The notes under the pieces: model-generated
What the model was told of the DNA's origin: nothing
The model's database searches: none
The model's input: the letters and a program-made list of their open reading frames with translations, nothing else
Shown: positions 30,631 through 41,412 of the stretch, in pieces
Layout: each line of letters opens with the position of its first letter
Numbering within the stretch: the stretch's first letter is position 1
From: Phycisphaerae bacterium
GTDB taxonomy: Bacteria > Planctomycetota > Phycisphaerae > UBA1845
NCBI GenBank assembly: GCA_963666835.2
Contig: CAXXGO010000006.1
Location: forward strand, 1,472,001 to 1,536,000
DNA: 64,000 nucleotides
Direction of reading: 5' to 3'
Program-made: the position numbers and the translations under genes

Positions 30631-31872
30631 ATGTTTAGAAGACAGCATTTGCCCCGGTTTCTTGCGGTTCTTGGCACGATTGTAGCATCCGTAGTGTGGT
30701 CTGCTAATGCAGCGGATCCGCCGCGGCGCTCGGCGCCGGAGCAGGGGGAGGTTTCCGCGGAGAGCGTTTATGTTCGCAGCGGGCCCAGCCTGAACCATTA
30801 CACGATATGCAAACTGAACGCGGGCGATCGGGTGACGATTGTCGGTGAGCGCAACGGATGGTACGAGATTCTGGCGCCGGCGGGGGTGTTCAGCCTGATC
30901 TCCGGTGACTACGTGGACAGCCCGGACGGCAAGTCCGGCGTGGTGAACGGCTCCAATGTTCGGGTTCGGGCGGGCTCCTCGCTCAACGACTCCAAGTACA
31001 CGATTCAGACGAAGCTGTCGAAGGGGGCTGAGGTGTCGATCCTGGGCCGCAATCCGGACGGCTTCTATCGGATAGTCCCGCCGGACGATGTGACGGTGTG
31101 GATCAGTGCCGATTTCGTCGAGCGGGTGTCACCGGGGCGGCTGCAGCACGAGCGGGCCGTTCAAGCGCCCATCGGTGACGTGACGCCGGCGCCCACCGGC
31201 GCAGGAGTTACTGACGAAAAGGTGTCACCTGAGGATGCGGAACCGCATTCGGGTTCGTTGCTGGCCGCCGTTCAGGCGACGTTTGAGCGGGGGCAACTGG
31301 CCGAGATTGATGCCGATGCCGACGCGGAGTTTGCCAAACCCCTGCTCGATCGCGAGTTGGATTCGTTGATCAAGCGCTATCGGAAGGTCGCCGGGCAAGA
31401 AGAGGACGAGTTCGCCCGGCGCTATGCCGAGGCCCGGATCACCCAGATCGAGAACATGGTCGAGGCCGCCGAGGCTATCCGGCGGGTACGGCGGATGGGC
31501 GAGCAGACCGACGCACGGCGCCGAGAGTTCATGGCGGAGCGGGCGAACATGCACAGCGCCCCGGTCCCGGTGCCGAGCGGGCTGAGCGCCCAGGGTGAAT
31601 TGCACGTCAGCGCTTTGTATGTGCCGGGTACGCAGCCGAATCGGTATCGGCTTGTCGATCCGACGCAATCTCCGCCGCGGACGATTGCCTACGTCGACAT
31701 TCCCGCGGAATTGGTGATCGATGTGAACGAGTTTCTCGGGCGGTACGTGGGGGTGCGGGCTTCCGGGCAGCGGCTGCAGCCCGGCGGGGTGGACCCGGTG
31801 CCGATCTATGTAGCTCGCGAGTTGGTGGTGCTGGATCCCGCGGTCGCGACGGCCGGGGCAGAGGGTGACTAA
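30631..31872 (+). CDS. Secreted protein with two bacterial SH3 domains
   Basis: Signal peptide; 'VYVRSGPS...V.IVGERNGWYEI' and 'NVRVRAGS' repeats. Confidence 0.85.
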   Translation: MFRRQHLPRFLAVLGTIVASVVWSANAADPPRRSAPEQGEVSAESVYVRSGPSLNHYTICKLNAGDRVTIVGERNGWYEILAPAGVFSLISGDYVDSPDGKSGVVNGSNVRVRAGSSLNDSKYTIQTKLSKGAEVSILGRNPDGFYRIVPPDDVTVWISADFVERVSPGRLQHERAVQAPIGDVTPAPTGAGVTDEKVSPEDAEPHSGSLLAAVQATFERGQLAEIDADADAEFAKPLLDRELDSLIKRYRKVAGQEEDEFARRYAEARITQIENMVEAAEAIRRVRRMGEQTDARRREFMAERANMHSAPVPVPSGLSAQGELHVSALYVPGTQPNRYRLVDPTQSPPRTIAYVDIPAELVIDVNEFLGRYVGVRASGQRLQPGGVDPVPIYVARELVVLDPAVATAGAEGD

Positions 31873-31934
31873 TAGCCCACCGAGAACATCCGGCGTTTCC
31901 GCTTGTGGCGGCTTTGTTTGAAAGGGAGTCTGCG

Positions 31935-32105
31935 GTGACAAAACGTCTGTGGTCGATTCGAAGGAAGCTCGCTACGGCTATGACGGCGGGAGTTCTGCTC
32001 CAGGCGGGCGGATGCGCCGACAACGAGATCGTCACGGGTTGGTTGACGGCGATGTTCAGTTCGGTTCTGCAGGATTTGGTCTACAGCTCGTTCAACCTTA
32101 TCTGA
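31935..32105 (+). CDS. Small putative lipoprotein/membrane peptide (56 aa)
   Basis: AAGGGAG SD before GTG; 'LLQAGGC' lipobox-like; ends 5 nt before gpsA. Confidence 0.5.
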   Translation: MTKRLWSIRRKLATAMTAGVLLQAGGCADNEIVTGWLTAMFSSVLQDLVYSSFNLI

Positions 32106-32110
32106 CATTG

Positions 32111-33115
32111 ATGGCTGACCGGATCCCCAGCGTTACGATTATTGGCGACGGCGCGATGGGGACGGTCTGCGCGTTTCTTCTGGCTGACAAGGCGGACGCT
32201 TTGACCATGTGGGGGGCGTTTCCGGATTATGTAGATCAACTCAACCGCCGGCGCGAGAACGTTCGGTTCCTGCCGGGTTACCGACTGCCTGATTCGCTCT
32301 CCCTTGTGCATGAGCCCGCCGAGGCGTTTGCTCGGACCCCGGCGATGATTGTGTCGGCCGTGCCCTGCCAGTTCATTCGGTCGGTGTGGACCCGGTTGGC
32401 GGAATCGGTACCTGCAGCGGTGCCCATAGTGTGTGTGGCCAAGGGTATTGAGGTTGATACGCTTCTGCGCCCGACCGACATTATCGGGGAATGTGTCAGC
32501 AACCCGGTGCGGGCGTGCCTGTCGGGCCCGAGTATCGCGGCCGAGGTAGCCGCCAGGAAACCCGCGAGTGTGGTGGTGGCGTCCGACGATGCCCCATTTG
32601 CCCGGTTCGCCCAGGAGGCGTTCAGCACGGACTACTTCCGCGTGTATACCAGCTCGGACGTGCTGGGGGTTGAGCTGGCCGGGGCGGTGAAGAACGTGAT
32701 TGCCCTGGCGGCGGGGATCTGTGACGGAATCGACGCGGGCAATAACGCGAAGGCGGCGCTACTCACCCGCGGCGTCGTGGAGCTTGCTAGGTTGGGGGCG
32801 GCGATGGGAGCCTCGCCCGAGACCTTCCGGGGTTTGGCCGGTGTGGGCGACCTGTTCACCACGTGTGTCTCCGGGCACAGCCGAAACCGAACGGCCGGGG
32901 AACGGATTGGCCGAGGAGAGACGGCGGAACAAGCCATCGCGGCCACGTCTTCGGTTATTGAGGGGATCCCGACTACGCGCGCCGTGCTGGAACTTGCCCG
33001 CCGCCATCGGGTGGAGATGCCCATTGTTGAGGCGGTAGCGAGCGTGCTGTTCGACGGAGTCCGCCCACAGGACGCGATCGCGAAGCTGATGACCCGCCGG
33101 CTCCGCGCCGAGTAG
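32111..33115 (+). CDS. gpsA: NAD(P)H-dependent glycerol-3-phosphate dehydrogenase
   Basis: GDGAMG, KGIE, LSGPSIA, GAVKNVIA, GDLFTTC, SRNR. Confidence 0.95.
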   Translation: MADRIPSVTIIGDGAMGTVCAFLLADKADALTMWGAFPDYVDQLNRRRENVRFLPGYRLPDSLSLVHEPAEAFARTPAMIVSAVPCQFIRSVWTRLAESVPAAVPIVCVAKGIEVDTLLRPTDIIGECVSNPVRACLSGPSIAAEVAARKPASVVVASDDAPFARFAQEAFSTDYFRVYTSSDVLGVELAGAVKNVIALAAGICDGIDAGNNAKAALLTRGVVELARLGAAMGASPETFRGLAGVGDLFTTCVSGHSRNRTAGERIGRGETAEQAIAATSSVIEGIPTTRAVLELARRHRVEMPIVEAVASVLFDGVRPQDAIAKLMTRRLRAE

Positions 33116-33270
33116 CTTGGCGCTCGGCGCGTGCTGCCTGGAACCGGCCCTCGGGGTGCTTTGCTGAGCTGCTTCGCTTGGCCGGTGCGGCGCAGCCAAA
33201 GACGGACCCTTCTTAGACCGATAAAACACCGGAGAATATCGGTACGTCTTGTGGTTAGGAGGCGGTTGAC

Positions 33271-34095
33271 TTGCGCGCACTGGCGACCAGCGGCGGTCCG
33301 TGGGAGGTGTTGGGGTATCGGGAGCTGTTGCTCAGCCTTACGTGGCGGGATCTGCGCGTTCGATACAAGCAATCGCTGCTCGGGATCGCCTGGGCGGTGC
33401 TGCTGCCCCTTTCCATGATGTTGGTCTTCACCTTCGTGTTCACTCGGGCGATCGACGCCCGCTCGGTGCTGCACGTCGACATGCCCTACGCCCTGTTTGC
33501 TTACGCCGGGTTGGTGCCGTGGACGTTCTTCAGCATGAGCCTGAGCGGGTGTGTAAACTCGCTGGTGGCCAATCGTAACCTGGTGACCAAGGTCTACTTC
33601 CCGCGCGAGGTGTTTCCCCTCTCGTGCGTGGGGAGCTGTCTGGTTGATTTCGGCATTGCGATGTCGGTCCTGGTGGGCTTGATGGTCTTCTTCCACCTGC
33701 GTGGAGATTGGGCGTTTGTGCCCAGTTGGGCGCTGATGTTCCTACCGGTGGTTCTGCTGGTGCAGATTACCTTGACGGTAGGCGTCGGGATGTTGCTGGC
33801 GATGGCCAACCTGTTCTATCGGGACGTCCGGCAGATCTTCGGCGTGGTGATTCAGCTTTGGATGTTCGTTTCGGCTGTGGTCGTTCCGGTGCCGCGCGAT
33901 GGCACCTGGCTGGCCACGTTAATCAGCTTGAATCCGCTGGTACCGTTGATCGGGGCGTATCGCGATTGCGTGATCTACGGGCGAATGCCCGCTGCGACGG
34001 GCTTTGTCTATGCGACGGTAGTGGCCGTGATCCTGTTGGCCGGCGGGTGGGTTTGTTTTCGGCGGGCATCGTACAAGTTTGCGGAGTGCATTTGA
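33271..34095 (+). CDS. wzm: ABC-2 polysaccharide export permease
   Basis: RDLRVRYKQSLLGIAW, KVYFPRE, LNPL; start uncertain. Confidence 0.9.
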   Translation: MRALATSGGPWEVLGYRELLLSLTWRDLRVRYKQSLLGIAWAVLLPLSMMLVFTFVFTRAIDARSVLHVDMPYALFAYAGLVPWTFFSMSLSGCVNSLVANRNLVTKVYFPREVFPLSCVGSCLVDFGIAMSVLVGLMVFFHLRGDWAFVPSWALMFLPVVLLVQITLTVGVGMLLAMANLFYRDVRQIFGVVIQLWMFVSAVVVPVPRDGTWLATLISLNPLVPLIGAYRDCVIYGRMPAATGFVYATVVAVILLAGGWVCFRRASYKFAECI

Positions 34096-35402
34096 TGAGT
34101 ATTCCGGCAGTGCACTTCAACGAGGTCTCGAAGCGTTTTCGCCTGGGCGCTACGCACGATTCCCTGCGTGATCTGCTATCAAGCGGTGTTCGGCGTGTCT
34201 TCCGGCGCGGGGCCGGCTCCAACGGGCGCGATACGTTCTGGGCTCTGCGTGATGTGGATTTCTCGGTGGCCCAGGGGGAGGCGGTCGGGATCATCGGTCC
34301 GAACGGGGCCGGCAAGAGCACCGTTTTGAAGCTGCTCGCGGGAATCCTGCGCCCGGACGGCGGGGAGGTTCGCGTGTGTGGCAGGCTGGCGGCACTCATC
34401 GAGGTGGGCGCGGGTTTCCATGGCGATCTTACCGGGCGCGAGAATATCTTTCTTAACGGGGCGATCATGGGTATGTCCCGAGCCGAGATCCGGCGCAACC
34501 TCGATGCGATCGTGGACTTCGCCGGGATCGAGCGGTTTTTGGATATGCCGGTCAAGCGGTATAGCTCCGGGATGTATGCCCGGCTGGGGTTCAGTATCGC
34601 GTCGCACGTTGATCCGGACGTGCTTTTGGTCGACGAGGTTCTCTCCGTCGGCGACGCCGTGTTCCGGCTGAGATGTGCGGACCGGATGCACGAGCTGGTG
34701 CGCCGCGGGACTACACTCGTGTTCGTTACGCACAATCTGGACCAGATGCAATCCATCTGCCGACGGGCGGTGGTGCTCGATCATGGTCGGACCGTTTTTG
34801 CGGGAGCGTCGCGAGAAGCGGTCGGACATTATCTGCAGGCTATGTCCAAGGCCTACACCACGCAGCCTACGGATATGACCGCTGAAGATCATGAAGACGT
34901 ACAGGCGGCGGAGTTGGTCAACGTGCGTTTCGTTAACGCCGCCGGTGAAGAGCTCGTGTGGGTCCGTTCGCGCGACGAGATTCGCGCGGAAGTGACCTTC
35001 CGAATGCGACGGCCGGTCTCTCGGTTGGTCGTCGAGTTGAACATGCGAGCCTCGGTCAACGAGAATCTGATCAGTATCAACTCGGGGCGGGATGGTAGGA
35101 CATTTGACGTCGCGGAGGGTGTCCAGACGGTGGCACTGTCACTTCCGGCGCTGCCGGTCAGCGGCGGACAGTATTTCTGGAACGTGCGAATGTGGGATGC
35201 TAATCGCGGGACCACCGAGCTGGATACGCCGTTTAGATTCCCGCTGGTGGTAGATGACGAAGGCCGGGCAACGGGAGTTCTCTGCCTGGAGCATGAGTGG
35301 ACGACGTTAGAGAAAGGGGCGGTTCGCTCGGTGGCGAGGTCGTCGGTTGAACCGGCGGCGGTGCGCGCGGGGGCTTGCTGTGAAGATCTGCATCTTCAGT
35401 GA
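34095..35402 (+). CDS. wzt: ABC polysaccharide export ATPase with Wzt C-terminal domain
   Basis: GPNGAGKST, YSSGMYARL, DEVLSVGD; TGATG overlap with wzm. Confidence 0.92.
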   Translation: MSIPAVHFNEVSKRFRLGATHDSLRDLLSSGVRRVFRRGAGSNGRDTFWALRDVDFSVAQGEAVGIIGPNGAGKSTVLKLLAGILRPDGGEVRVCGRLAALIEVGAGFHGDLTGRENIFLNGAIMGMSRAEIRRNLDAIVDFAGIERFLDMPVKRYSSGMYARLGFSIASHVDPDVLLVDEVLSVGDAVFRLRCADRMHELVRRGTTLVFVTHNLDQMQSICRRAVVLDHGRTVFAGASREAVGHYLQAMSKAYTTQPTDMTAEDHEDVQAAELVNVRFVNAAGEELVWVRSRDEIRAEVTFRMRRPVSRLVVELNMRASVNENLISINSGRDGRTFDVAEGVQTVALSLPALPVSGGQYFWNVRMWDANRGTTELDTPFRFPLVVDDEGRATGVLCLEHEWTTLEKGAVRSVARSSVEPAAVRAGACCEDLHLQ

Positions 35403-36480
35403 CGCTCGGTCCGTGCACATTCAGCGGATCGTGCCCGGGCTAATCGCTCGGGGGCTCGAAGTCCATGTGGTGACGCACAAGCCGGCCGAGTTGCCGGGAG
35501 CCTGCGTTGAGAAATTCACCGTGCCGGCGCCCGGGCTGAACAACCTGCGCCGGTGGCACGGACGTTGGCGGCGGTACCTGCGGGATTTCATGGACCGGTT
35601 CGATGTCGTCCACGTCCATTTCTTGCAGGATTGGGGGTTCACCCCGGAGATAATCTCCTCCGGATGCTTCGTAGCCACGCCGTGGGGTTCGGATATCGTC
35701 CAGCCGCCGGGCGAGGGGTTTCCTCCGATCGAACTTGCCGAAGCCCGGCTGGCCATGCTGCGTCACGCTACGGCTGTGACGACTTGGGGACCCGGTTTCG
35801 CCCGGATCGTGGCGGAATACGCCGGGTTGGATGTGGAGGACATCGATCTGCTTCCGCTGGGAGTCGATCTGGCTCTGTTTCGTCCGGATTTATCGCGATT
35901 GAGTGACGAACGCCGTCCTTTGCGGGTCGGGTTCTTCAAGGGTTTTCGCGAGGTCTATGGCGCCACCTATCTCATGCGGGCGATCCCGACGGTCGTGGAA
36001 GAGGTTCCGAACGTACGTTTCGACCTGATCGGCGACGGACCCCAACTGGAAAAGTGCAAGGCCCTCGCGGGCCGGCTCGACGTGGACGATTGCGTGAACT
36101 GGGTCCGACGTCAGCCGCACCGCAATATCCCGAACTACCTGGCCAACTGGGATCTAACGGTCGTTCCGTCGGTTTGCGAGAGTTTCGGGGCGGCCGCGTT
36201 GGAGTCGTCGGCCATGGGTGTGCCGGTGGTGGCGTCGGACGTAGGGGGGCTGCCGGACACGGTCCGACACGGGGTCACCGGTTTGCTCACCCCGCCGCAG
36301 GCTCCCGAGCAACTGGCCGATGCGTTGATTACGCTGTTGGAAGACCCGCCGCGCCGCCGGGAAATGGGGGCTGCCGGCCGGGAGATGGTCGAGCGCGAGT
36401 ACAACTGGCAGACCATTCTTGATAAGTGGGTTACCACGTACGAAAAGGCCCGCGATTGTGCGGGGGCGGTATTGTGTTAA
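35380..36480 (+). CDS. GT4 glycosyltransferase
   Basis: ESFGAAALES, VVASDVGGL motifs. Confidence 0.9.
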   Translation: MKICIFSDARSVHIQRIVPGLIARGLEVHVVTHKPAELPGACVEKFTVPAPGLNNLRRWHGRWRRYLRDFMDRFDVVHVHFLQDWGFTPEIISSGCFVATPWGSDIVQPPGEGFPPIELAEARLAMLRHATAVTTWGPGFARIVAEYAGLDVEDIDLLPLGVDLALFRPDLSRLSDERRPLRVGFFKGFREVYGATYLMRAIPTVVEEVPNVRFDLIGDGPQLEKCKALAGRLDVDDCVNWVRRQPHRNIPNYLANWDLTVVPSVCESFGAAALESSAMGVPVVASDVGGLPDTVRHGVTGLLTPPQAPEQLADALITLLEDPPRRREMGAAGREMVEREYNWQTILDKWVTTYEKARDCAGAVLC

Positions 36481-36718
36481 GTTTGCCAAATGACGCAAAC
36501 TTGTCACCCGACGGGCCGGTGGAGACACGAAACCTGAAAAGCGCCGGGATAAACCGGCATGGAGGCCGTAGGGCAGGTCGAGGTACGAGACCTGCCGCAA
36601 CCTCGTCTCGCCACCCGATGTTCCCATAAAACCCGGGCTCGCGCACCACTCGACGGTTTCATAACATCCGATCTCGGATCACCAGCCCCCGCCAGGGGCC
36701 TACAGCTCTTCTTAGCCC

Positions 36719-36975
36719 GTAGGGCAGGTCGAGGCACGAGACCTGCCGCAACGGCGACCATCGTGCGAATACCTGCTACGATGGCGTCCATCGCGCGAAG
36801 ACCCGCCTGCATTCCCAAGGGGTGGCCCACCTCTTTAGAGGTGGGGAATCCGATGATCCGACCTTTGAGACGTAAGTGCCCATACAATGACACTCCACGG
36901 GCCGACAAGCCGGCCCACCCGACAAACCAGCGTCGAGTCTTCGTCCCCCACGGCTGAAGCCACGGGCCACCCGAC
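36719..36975. repeat. Composite REP element, copy 1 (a lone REP also lies at 36568-36598)
   Basis: REP + GGTGGCCCACCTCTTTAGAGGTGGG + AGTGCCCATACAATGACACTCCACGGGCC + CCCACGGCT(N)3GCC(N)2GGGCCAC. Confidence 0.9.
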
Positions 36976-38766
36976 CTACGGGCAATCCGCCGGGGCGCTG
37001 AACGGATACGCCAGCCCCCGGAAGCCTTGACCGATTCGCATGATGTCCGTCATATTGACCACCGCGTTGGGAACCTCGGGTTCGACGTCCGACCAGGTCC
37101 AACGTGGGGCGCTCGGGTTTCGCTGGAAGACCTGCACGGCCGCCATGACGTCGTCCATACTCACAATCCCGTTAGGAGCCGACCAAGACCCGCCCGTGAA
37201 CGGACCCACAACGTCACACCAGTACTTCGGAGCCGGTATCGCCGTAGACGTGAGTTCAATGGAATCGCTCGTTCCCGCACCTGCCAGCGTCGCCCGGACC
37301 TCATAAGCCGAGCCCGGCACGATCATACAGCCGCGAAGTTGAATGACGCCCTCCGGCCAGAGCCGCACTACCGGATAACTCACCACCGAAGACGCGAAGT
37401 CCCCGGACTCTGTTTCCACCGGCGCGCCGGCCCAGCCGACCACGCCGACCGAATCAGGGAACAGCTCGCTGGAAGTCAGGATCACCTCGAAAGCCACCGG
37501 AGTACCCGCGTTCTGCGGAACGAAGGATATATAGCGATTGGTGGGCACATCGTCCGGCGCCCCGGCCGCCAGCGGAGCCTCGACCTCAAAAGAGCATACG
37601 CAGTACCCGTACATCGGGTCTACCGGATCCGTCTCGCATATCCAATCGTCCGGGCAATCGACGTCGCCGCCGGGGCAGGCGATCATCTCGTCCGCCGGCA
37701 GCCCGCCCACGCACGCCCCGGCCGTGGCCGTGCCGTCGCAGGTGTCGTCGATGGAACACGGGTTACCGTCGTCGCAACCGGTTCCTGACGGAAGCGGATC
37801 ATGCACCACAATGCCCGTTAACGGATCGCAGACATCCTCCGTACACTCGATGCCGTCGTCTAAGAGAATCACCGTGCCGCCATCCGGATCGCAGCATTCG
37901 GTACCGACTTCGTAGTTTGGATCGAAGTGACACCAGCCCGTCTCCGTATTACACCAGTCGTTTGTGCAGGAGTTCCCGTCGTCACATGTGGTGCACGGCT
38001 CGCACGCGTTCGTCGCACAGGTGCTGCCGTCGGAGAAGAAGGAGTACATCCCCCCGTCCGCCAACGCCGCACACTCCGCCTCGGTGACGTCGTCGGCACA
38101 GCCGCCCCCGCTACCGGTGTCGTAACAGCATTGGCCGGTAACCACAGTCAGCAAGGCCGACGTGCGGACCAGACCTGGGATGAACTGCGCAATCTCATCG
38201 TGCATGAACGTTCTCGACGTATCCGCCATCATCTGGATTTCGTAGGTGCCTTTTGCGTACGTGGGCACGTCCACGATCCACGTTCCGCCATAGCACGTCG
38301 TACCGGGGTCCGTCACGGAACCGCCCATACACACGCTGCCTAGCTCACAATCATCGTGGGGCCCCGGCAGAGGTGTTAACCCGAAGAACACCCAATCCGG
38401 ACGGTTGGAATCGATGAAGCAGCCGTCTTCAGTGAACGGACGCCACGTACTCAACGGCTCCCCAATCCCGTTGTCGTACGATGCCGGATTGTCCGACGTG
38501 GCCTGATACGCCCCCAGCGCCGGGTCACCCGGCGCCTGGCCCCAGCCGCGCACCTTCAGTTCGAACGTGACCTGACAATCCCCGGTTTCGAGGATAATCT
38601 CCGACGGCACGCCCTCCGTCGTCGAATTGTCAATGATCGCACCGGCCCCCGTCGTGCTGACCGGCTGGTACCGAAACTCCTGGCCGGAAACCTCCCCAGA
38701 GTGGCCCGAAACAACCAACATTGCCACAACCACCATCATCCACATTTCTCGAGAACATGCGTTCAT
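36976..38766 (-). CDS. Secreted Cys-rich protein: cohesin-like N-domain, CDDG..C..D.C repeats, C-terminal dockerin-like domain (paralog A)
   Basis: GGAGG SD; signal peptide; colinear homology with 39307-41118. Confidence 0.85.
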   Translation of the reverse strand: MNACSREMWMMVVVAMLVVSGHSGEVSGQEFRYQPVSTTGAGAIIDNSTTEGVPSEIILETGDCQVTFELKVRGWGQAPGDPALGAYQATSDNPASYDNGIGEPLSTWRPFTEDGCFIDSNRPDWVFFGLTPLPGPHDDCELGSVCMGGSVTDPGTTCYGGTWIVDVPTYAKGTYEIQMMADTSRTFMHDEIAQFIPGLVRTSALLTVVTGQCCYDTGSGGGCADDVTEAECAALADGGMYSFFSDGSTCATNACEPCTTCDDGNSCTNDWCNTETGWCHFDPNYEVGTECCDPDGGTVILLDDGIECTEDVCDPLTGIVVHDPLPSGTGCDDGNPCSIDDTCDGTATAGACVGGLPADEMIACPGGDVDCPDDWICETDPVDPMYGYCVCSFEVEAPLAAGAPDDVPTNRYISFVPQNAGTPVAFEVILTSSELFPDSVGVVGWAGAPVETESGDFASSVVSYPVVRLWPEGVIQLRGCMIVPGSAYEVRATLAGAGTSDSIELTSTAIPAPKYWCDVVGPFTGGSWSAPNGIVSMDDVMAAVQVFQRNPSAPRWTWSDVEPEVPNAVVNMTDIMRIGQGFRGLAYPFSAPADCP

Positions 38767-38942
38767 CTTCACTACCTCCATCTGGCATGTGGTCCTTCGA
38801 AACTCTACGCCATCCCAACTAAGTGCCGCCCCTGGCGTTCTTGACAATCGTCGCACCGCGCGGGTGAACAACTGTCAAGACAGTAGGGGCTTCGTTCACC
38901 TAACTCCCGCATTCCCGCGGCTTACGCCACGGGCTTCGAAGA

Positions 38943-39298
38943 TCTTCCGCCCTGACGGGCTAATACCGCAATCCGTAGGGCAGGTCGAGGCACGAGACCT
39001 GCCGCAACGGCGACCATCGCGCGAAGACCCGCTACCATAGCGACCATCGCGCTAATACCTGCCGTAACGGCGACCATCGCGCGAAGACCCGCCTACATTC
39101 CCACAGGGAGGCCCGCCTCTTTAGAGGTGGGGGACCCGATGATCCGAACCTCAAGACGTTAGTGCCCATACAATGACACTCCACGGGCCAACAAGTTGGC
39201 CCATACCACCCACCGTCGAGTCCTTCTCCCCCACGGCTAGAGCCATGGGCCACCCAATCCGCCTTTGTCCCCCACGGCTAAAGCCATGGGCCACGCGA
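38943..39298. repeat. Composite REP element, copy 2
   Basis: Same module order as copies 1 and 3, with internal duplications. Confidence 0.9.
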
Positions 39299-39306
39299 CG
39301 GCGTTC

Positions 39307-41118
39307 CTACGGACAATCCGCCGGATCGCTAAATGGATACGGCTGTCCCTGGAACCCGAACACTATCTGCATGACGTCCGTCATGTTGACAATCGCGTTG
39401 GGTTCCTCACCGTCAACGTCCACCCTCGTCCATACGGGGGCCGTCGCCGAATGTTGGAACCCCTGAATCGCGGCCATGACGTCGTTCATCCCTACGACCC
39501 CGTCCGCCGCCGTCCACACTTCGCCCGTAAACTCACCGACCACGTCGGCCCAGTGTTTCGGAGTCGGCTCTGCCACCGTCGCGCGAAGCAGCGGAGAGCC
39601 GAAGACCAACCCGTCGGTCGTGGTGCGGATCTGATAAACGCCGGCCGGCGTAATCTCACAATCTGCCAGGTGCAATAATACGGAAGAATACGGCCACTCG
39701 CGGTAGACCGGCGTATCCACCACGCGGACCACGTATTCGCCGGACGCAACTTCCGTCGGATCACCAACCCAGCCAACGACACCCGTGGAGGCAGGGAACA
39801 GCGTGCTGGAAACAAGAGAGACCTCGCAGGCTGCGGCACCGTAATGATTGAGTAAGGCAAAGGACACATAGCGATTCGTGACCGTATCATGTGGCGGCCA
39901 CGGCATAACTACGGCGTTAAGCTCACTCGTGCAATCGCAATAACCGTACATTGGATCAAGCATATTCCTCTGACACCACCAAGGGGCCGGACACTCCATA
40001 TCCGAAACACACTCGATCATCTGATCTTCCGGCATGACGCCGACACATGCATCCGGATCACCCGTACCGTTGCAGACGCTCTCCGTTGTGCAGAAGTCGG
40101 CGTCATCGCATGGCTCGCCGGCCGGGAGAGGATTGTGCGAAACCTCGCCAGTCCACTCGTCGCAGATGTCTACAGTACACGGTAGACCGTCGTCAATTGG
40201 AGTCAACGCCCCGCCATTCGGATCGCAGCAGTCGGTTATGAAGTTGTAGATTGGGTAGTTGTAGCAGTACCCGTTGTACTCGCATACATCCATAGTGCAA
40301 TCGCTCCAATCGCTGCAGTAGGAATCCCCCATGCACGGATCACATGAGTAGTCTTCACAAACCGCACCCGCGAAGAACATGTACGAATGGCCGGGCGAAG
40401 TTAACGCGTCGCACTCGGCCTCTGTTACGCCGTCGGCGCAGCCGTTTTCGATACCCATATTATAGCAGCACTGCCCCGTAACGATCGTCACCAACCCCGG
40501 CGTGCGAACCAGACCGGGAATCAGGTTGGCGAAGTCGTCGTTCATGAACGTTTTCGCCGTGTCATCCACTATCTGAATCTCGTACGTGCCCTTGGCCCCG
40601 CCCGGTAGATCCAGGATGAGCGTACCGCCGTATTGAATCGCACCCGGATCGGACGGGAATTCTCCCATACACGTTGAACCCATCTCATAGTCCGGACTGC
40701 CAACGTAGACCGCGGCGAGCGGATCCAAACCGAAATAAACAAAGTCCGACCGGGTTTCGTCGATGAAGCAGCCGTCCTCGGTCAACGGGTGATATGCCCC
40801 GATCGTCGCCCCGATCCCGTTATCGTACGACGCCGCGCTGTCCAAAGTCGCCTGATAAATACCCAGTGCCGGAGAGCCCGGCGCGTGCCCCCAGCCGCTC
40901 ACCTTCAGCTCGAGCGTTACCTGGCACCCGGCGGCATCCAGAATGATCTCCGACGGCGTACCCTCCGTCGCCGAGTTGTCGATGATGGTGAAATCCCCGG
41001 TCGCACCGACCGGCTGCCACCGCAACTCTTGCCCATCAACCGCGGCTCCGCCACCAACGATCGCAATGACCGCAACAATCCCAACGACCGCCCGAAATGT
41101 ACGACGACTCGCCTTCAT
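39307..41118 (-). CDS. Secreted Cys-rich protein, paralog B (cohesin-like plus dockerin-like)
   Basis: GGAGG SD; shares IIDNS.TEG.PSEIIL, SYDNGIG, AKGTYEIQ, NRY.SF, PNA.VNMTD, YPFS.PADCP with paralog A. Confidence 0.85.
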   Translation of the reverse strand: MKASRRTFRAVVGIVAVIAIVGGGAAVDGQELRWQPVGATGDFTIIDNSATEGTPSEIILDAAGCQVTLELKVSGWGHAPGSPALGIYQATLDSAASYDNGIGATIGAYHPLTEDGCFIDETRSDFVYFGLDPLAAVYVGSPDYEMGSTCMGEFPSDPGAIQYGGTLILDLPGGAKGTYEIQIVDDTAKTFMNDDFANLIPGLVRTPGLVTIVTGQCCYNMGIENGCADGVTEAECDALTSPGHSYMFFAGAVCEDYSCDPCMGDSYCSDWSDCTMDVCEYNGYCYNYPIYNFITDCCDPNGGALTPIDDGLPCTVDICDEWTGEVSHNPLPAGEPCDDADFCTTESVCNGTGDPDACVGVMPEDQMIECVSDMECPAPWWCQRNMLDPMYGYCDCTSELNAVVMPWPPHDTVTNRYVSFALLNHYGAAACEVSLVSSTLFPASTGVVGWVGDPTEVASGEYVVRVVDTPVYREWPYSSVLLHLADCEITPAGVYQIRTTTDGLVFGSPLLRATVAEPTPKHWADVVGEFTGEVWTAADGVVGMNDVMAAIQGFQHSATAPVWTRVDVDGEEPNAIVNMTDVMQIVFGFQGQPYPFSDPADCP

Positions 41119-41180
41119 CTGTCTGACCTCCGTCCTTTATGTGGTCGATCTGAATCCAATACCCGAACCACCTTGATTAC

Positions 41181-41412
41181 TCTTCCGCCCTCACGGGCTA
41201 ATACCGCAGCCGTAGGGCAGGTCGAGGCACGAGACCTGCCGCAACGACGACCATCGCGCGAATACCCGCCTACGTTTCCAAGGGGTGGCCCACCTCTTTC
41301 GAAGTGGGGGACCCGATGATCCGACCTTCGAGACGTAAGTGCCCATACAATGACACTCCACGGGCCGAGAAGTTGTTTGTCCCCCCACGGCTAAAGCCGT
41401 GGGCCACCCGAC
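41181..41412. repeat. Composite REP element, copy 3
   Basis: Same modules; shares the leading TCTTCCGCCCT.ACGGGCTAATACCGCA with copy 2. Confidence 0.9.
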
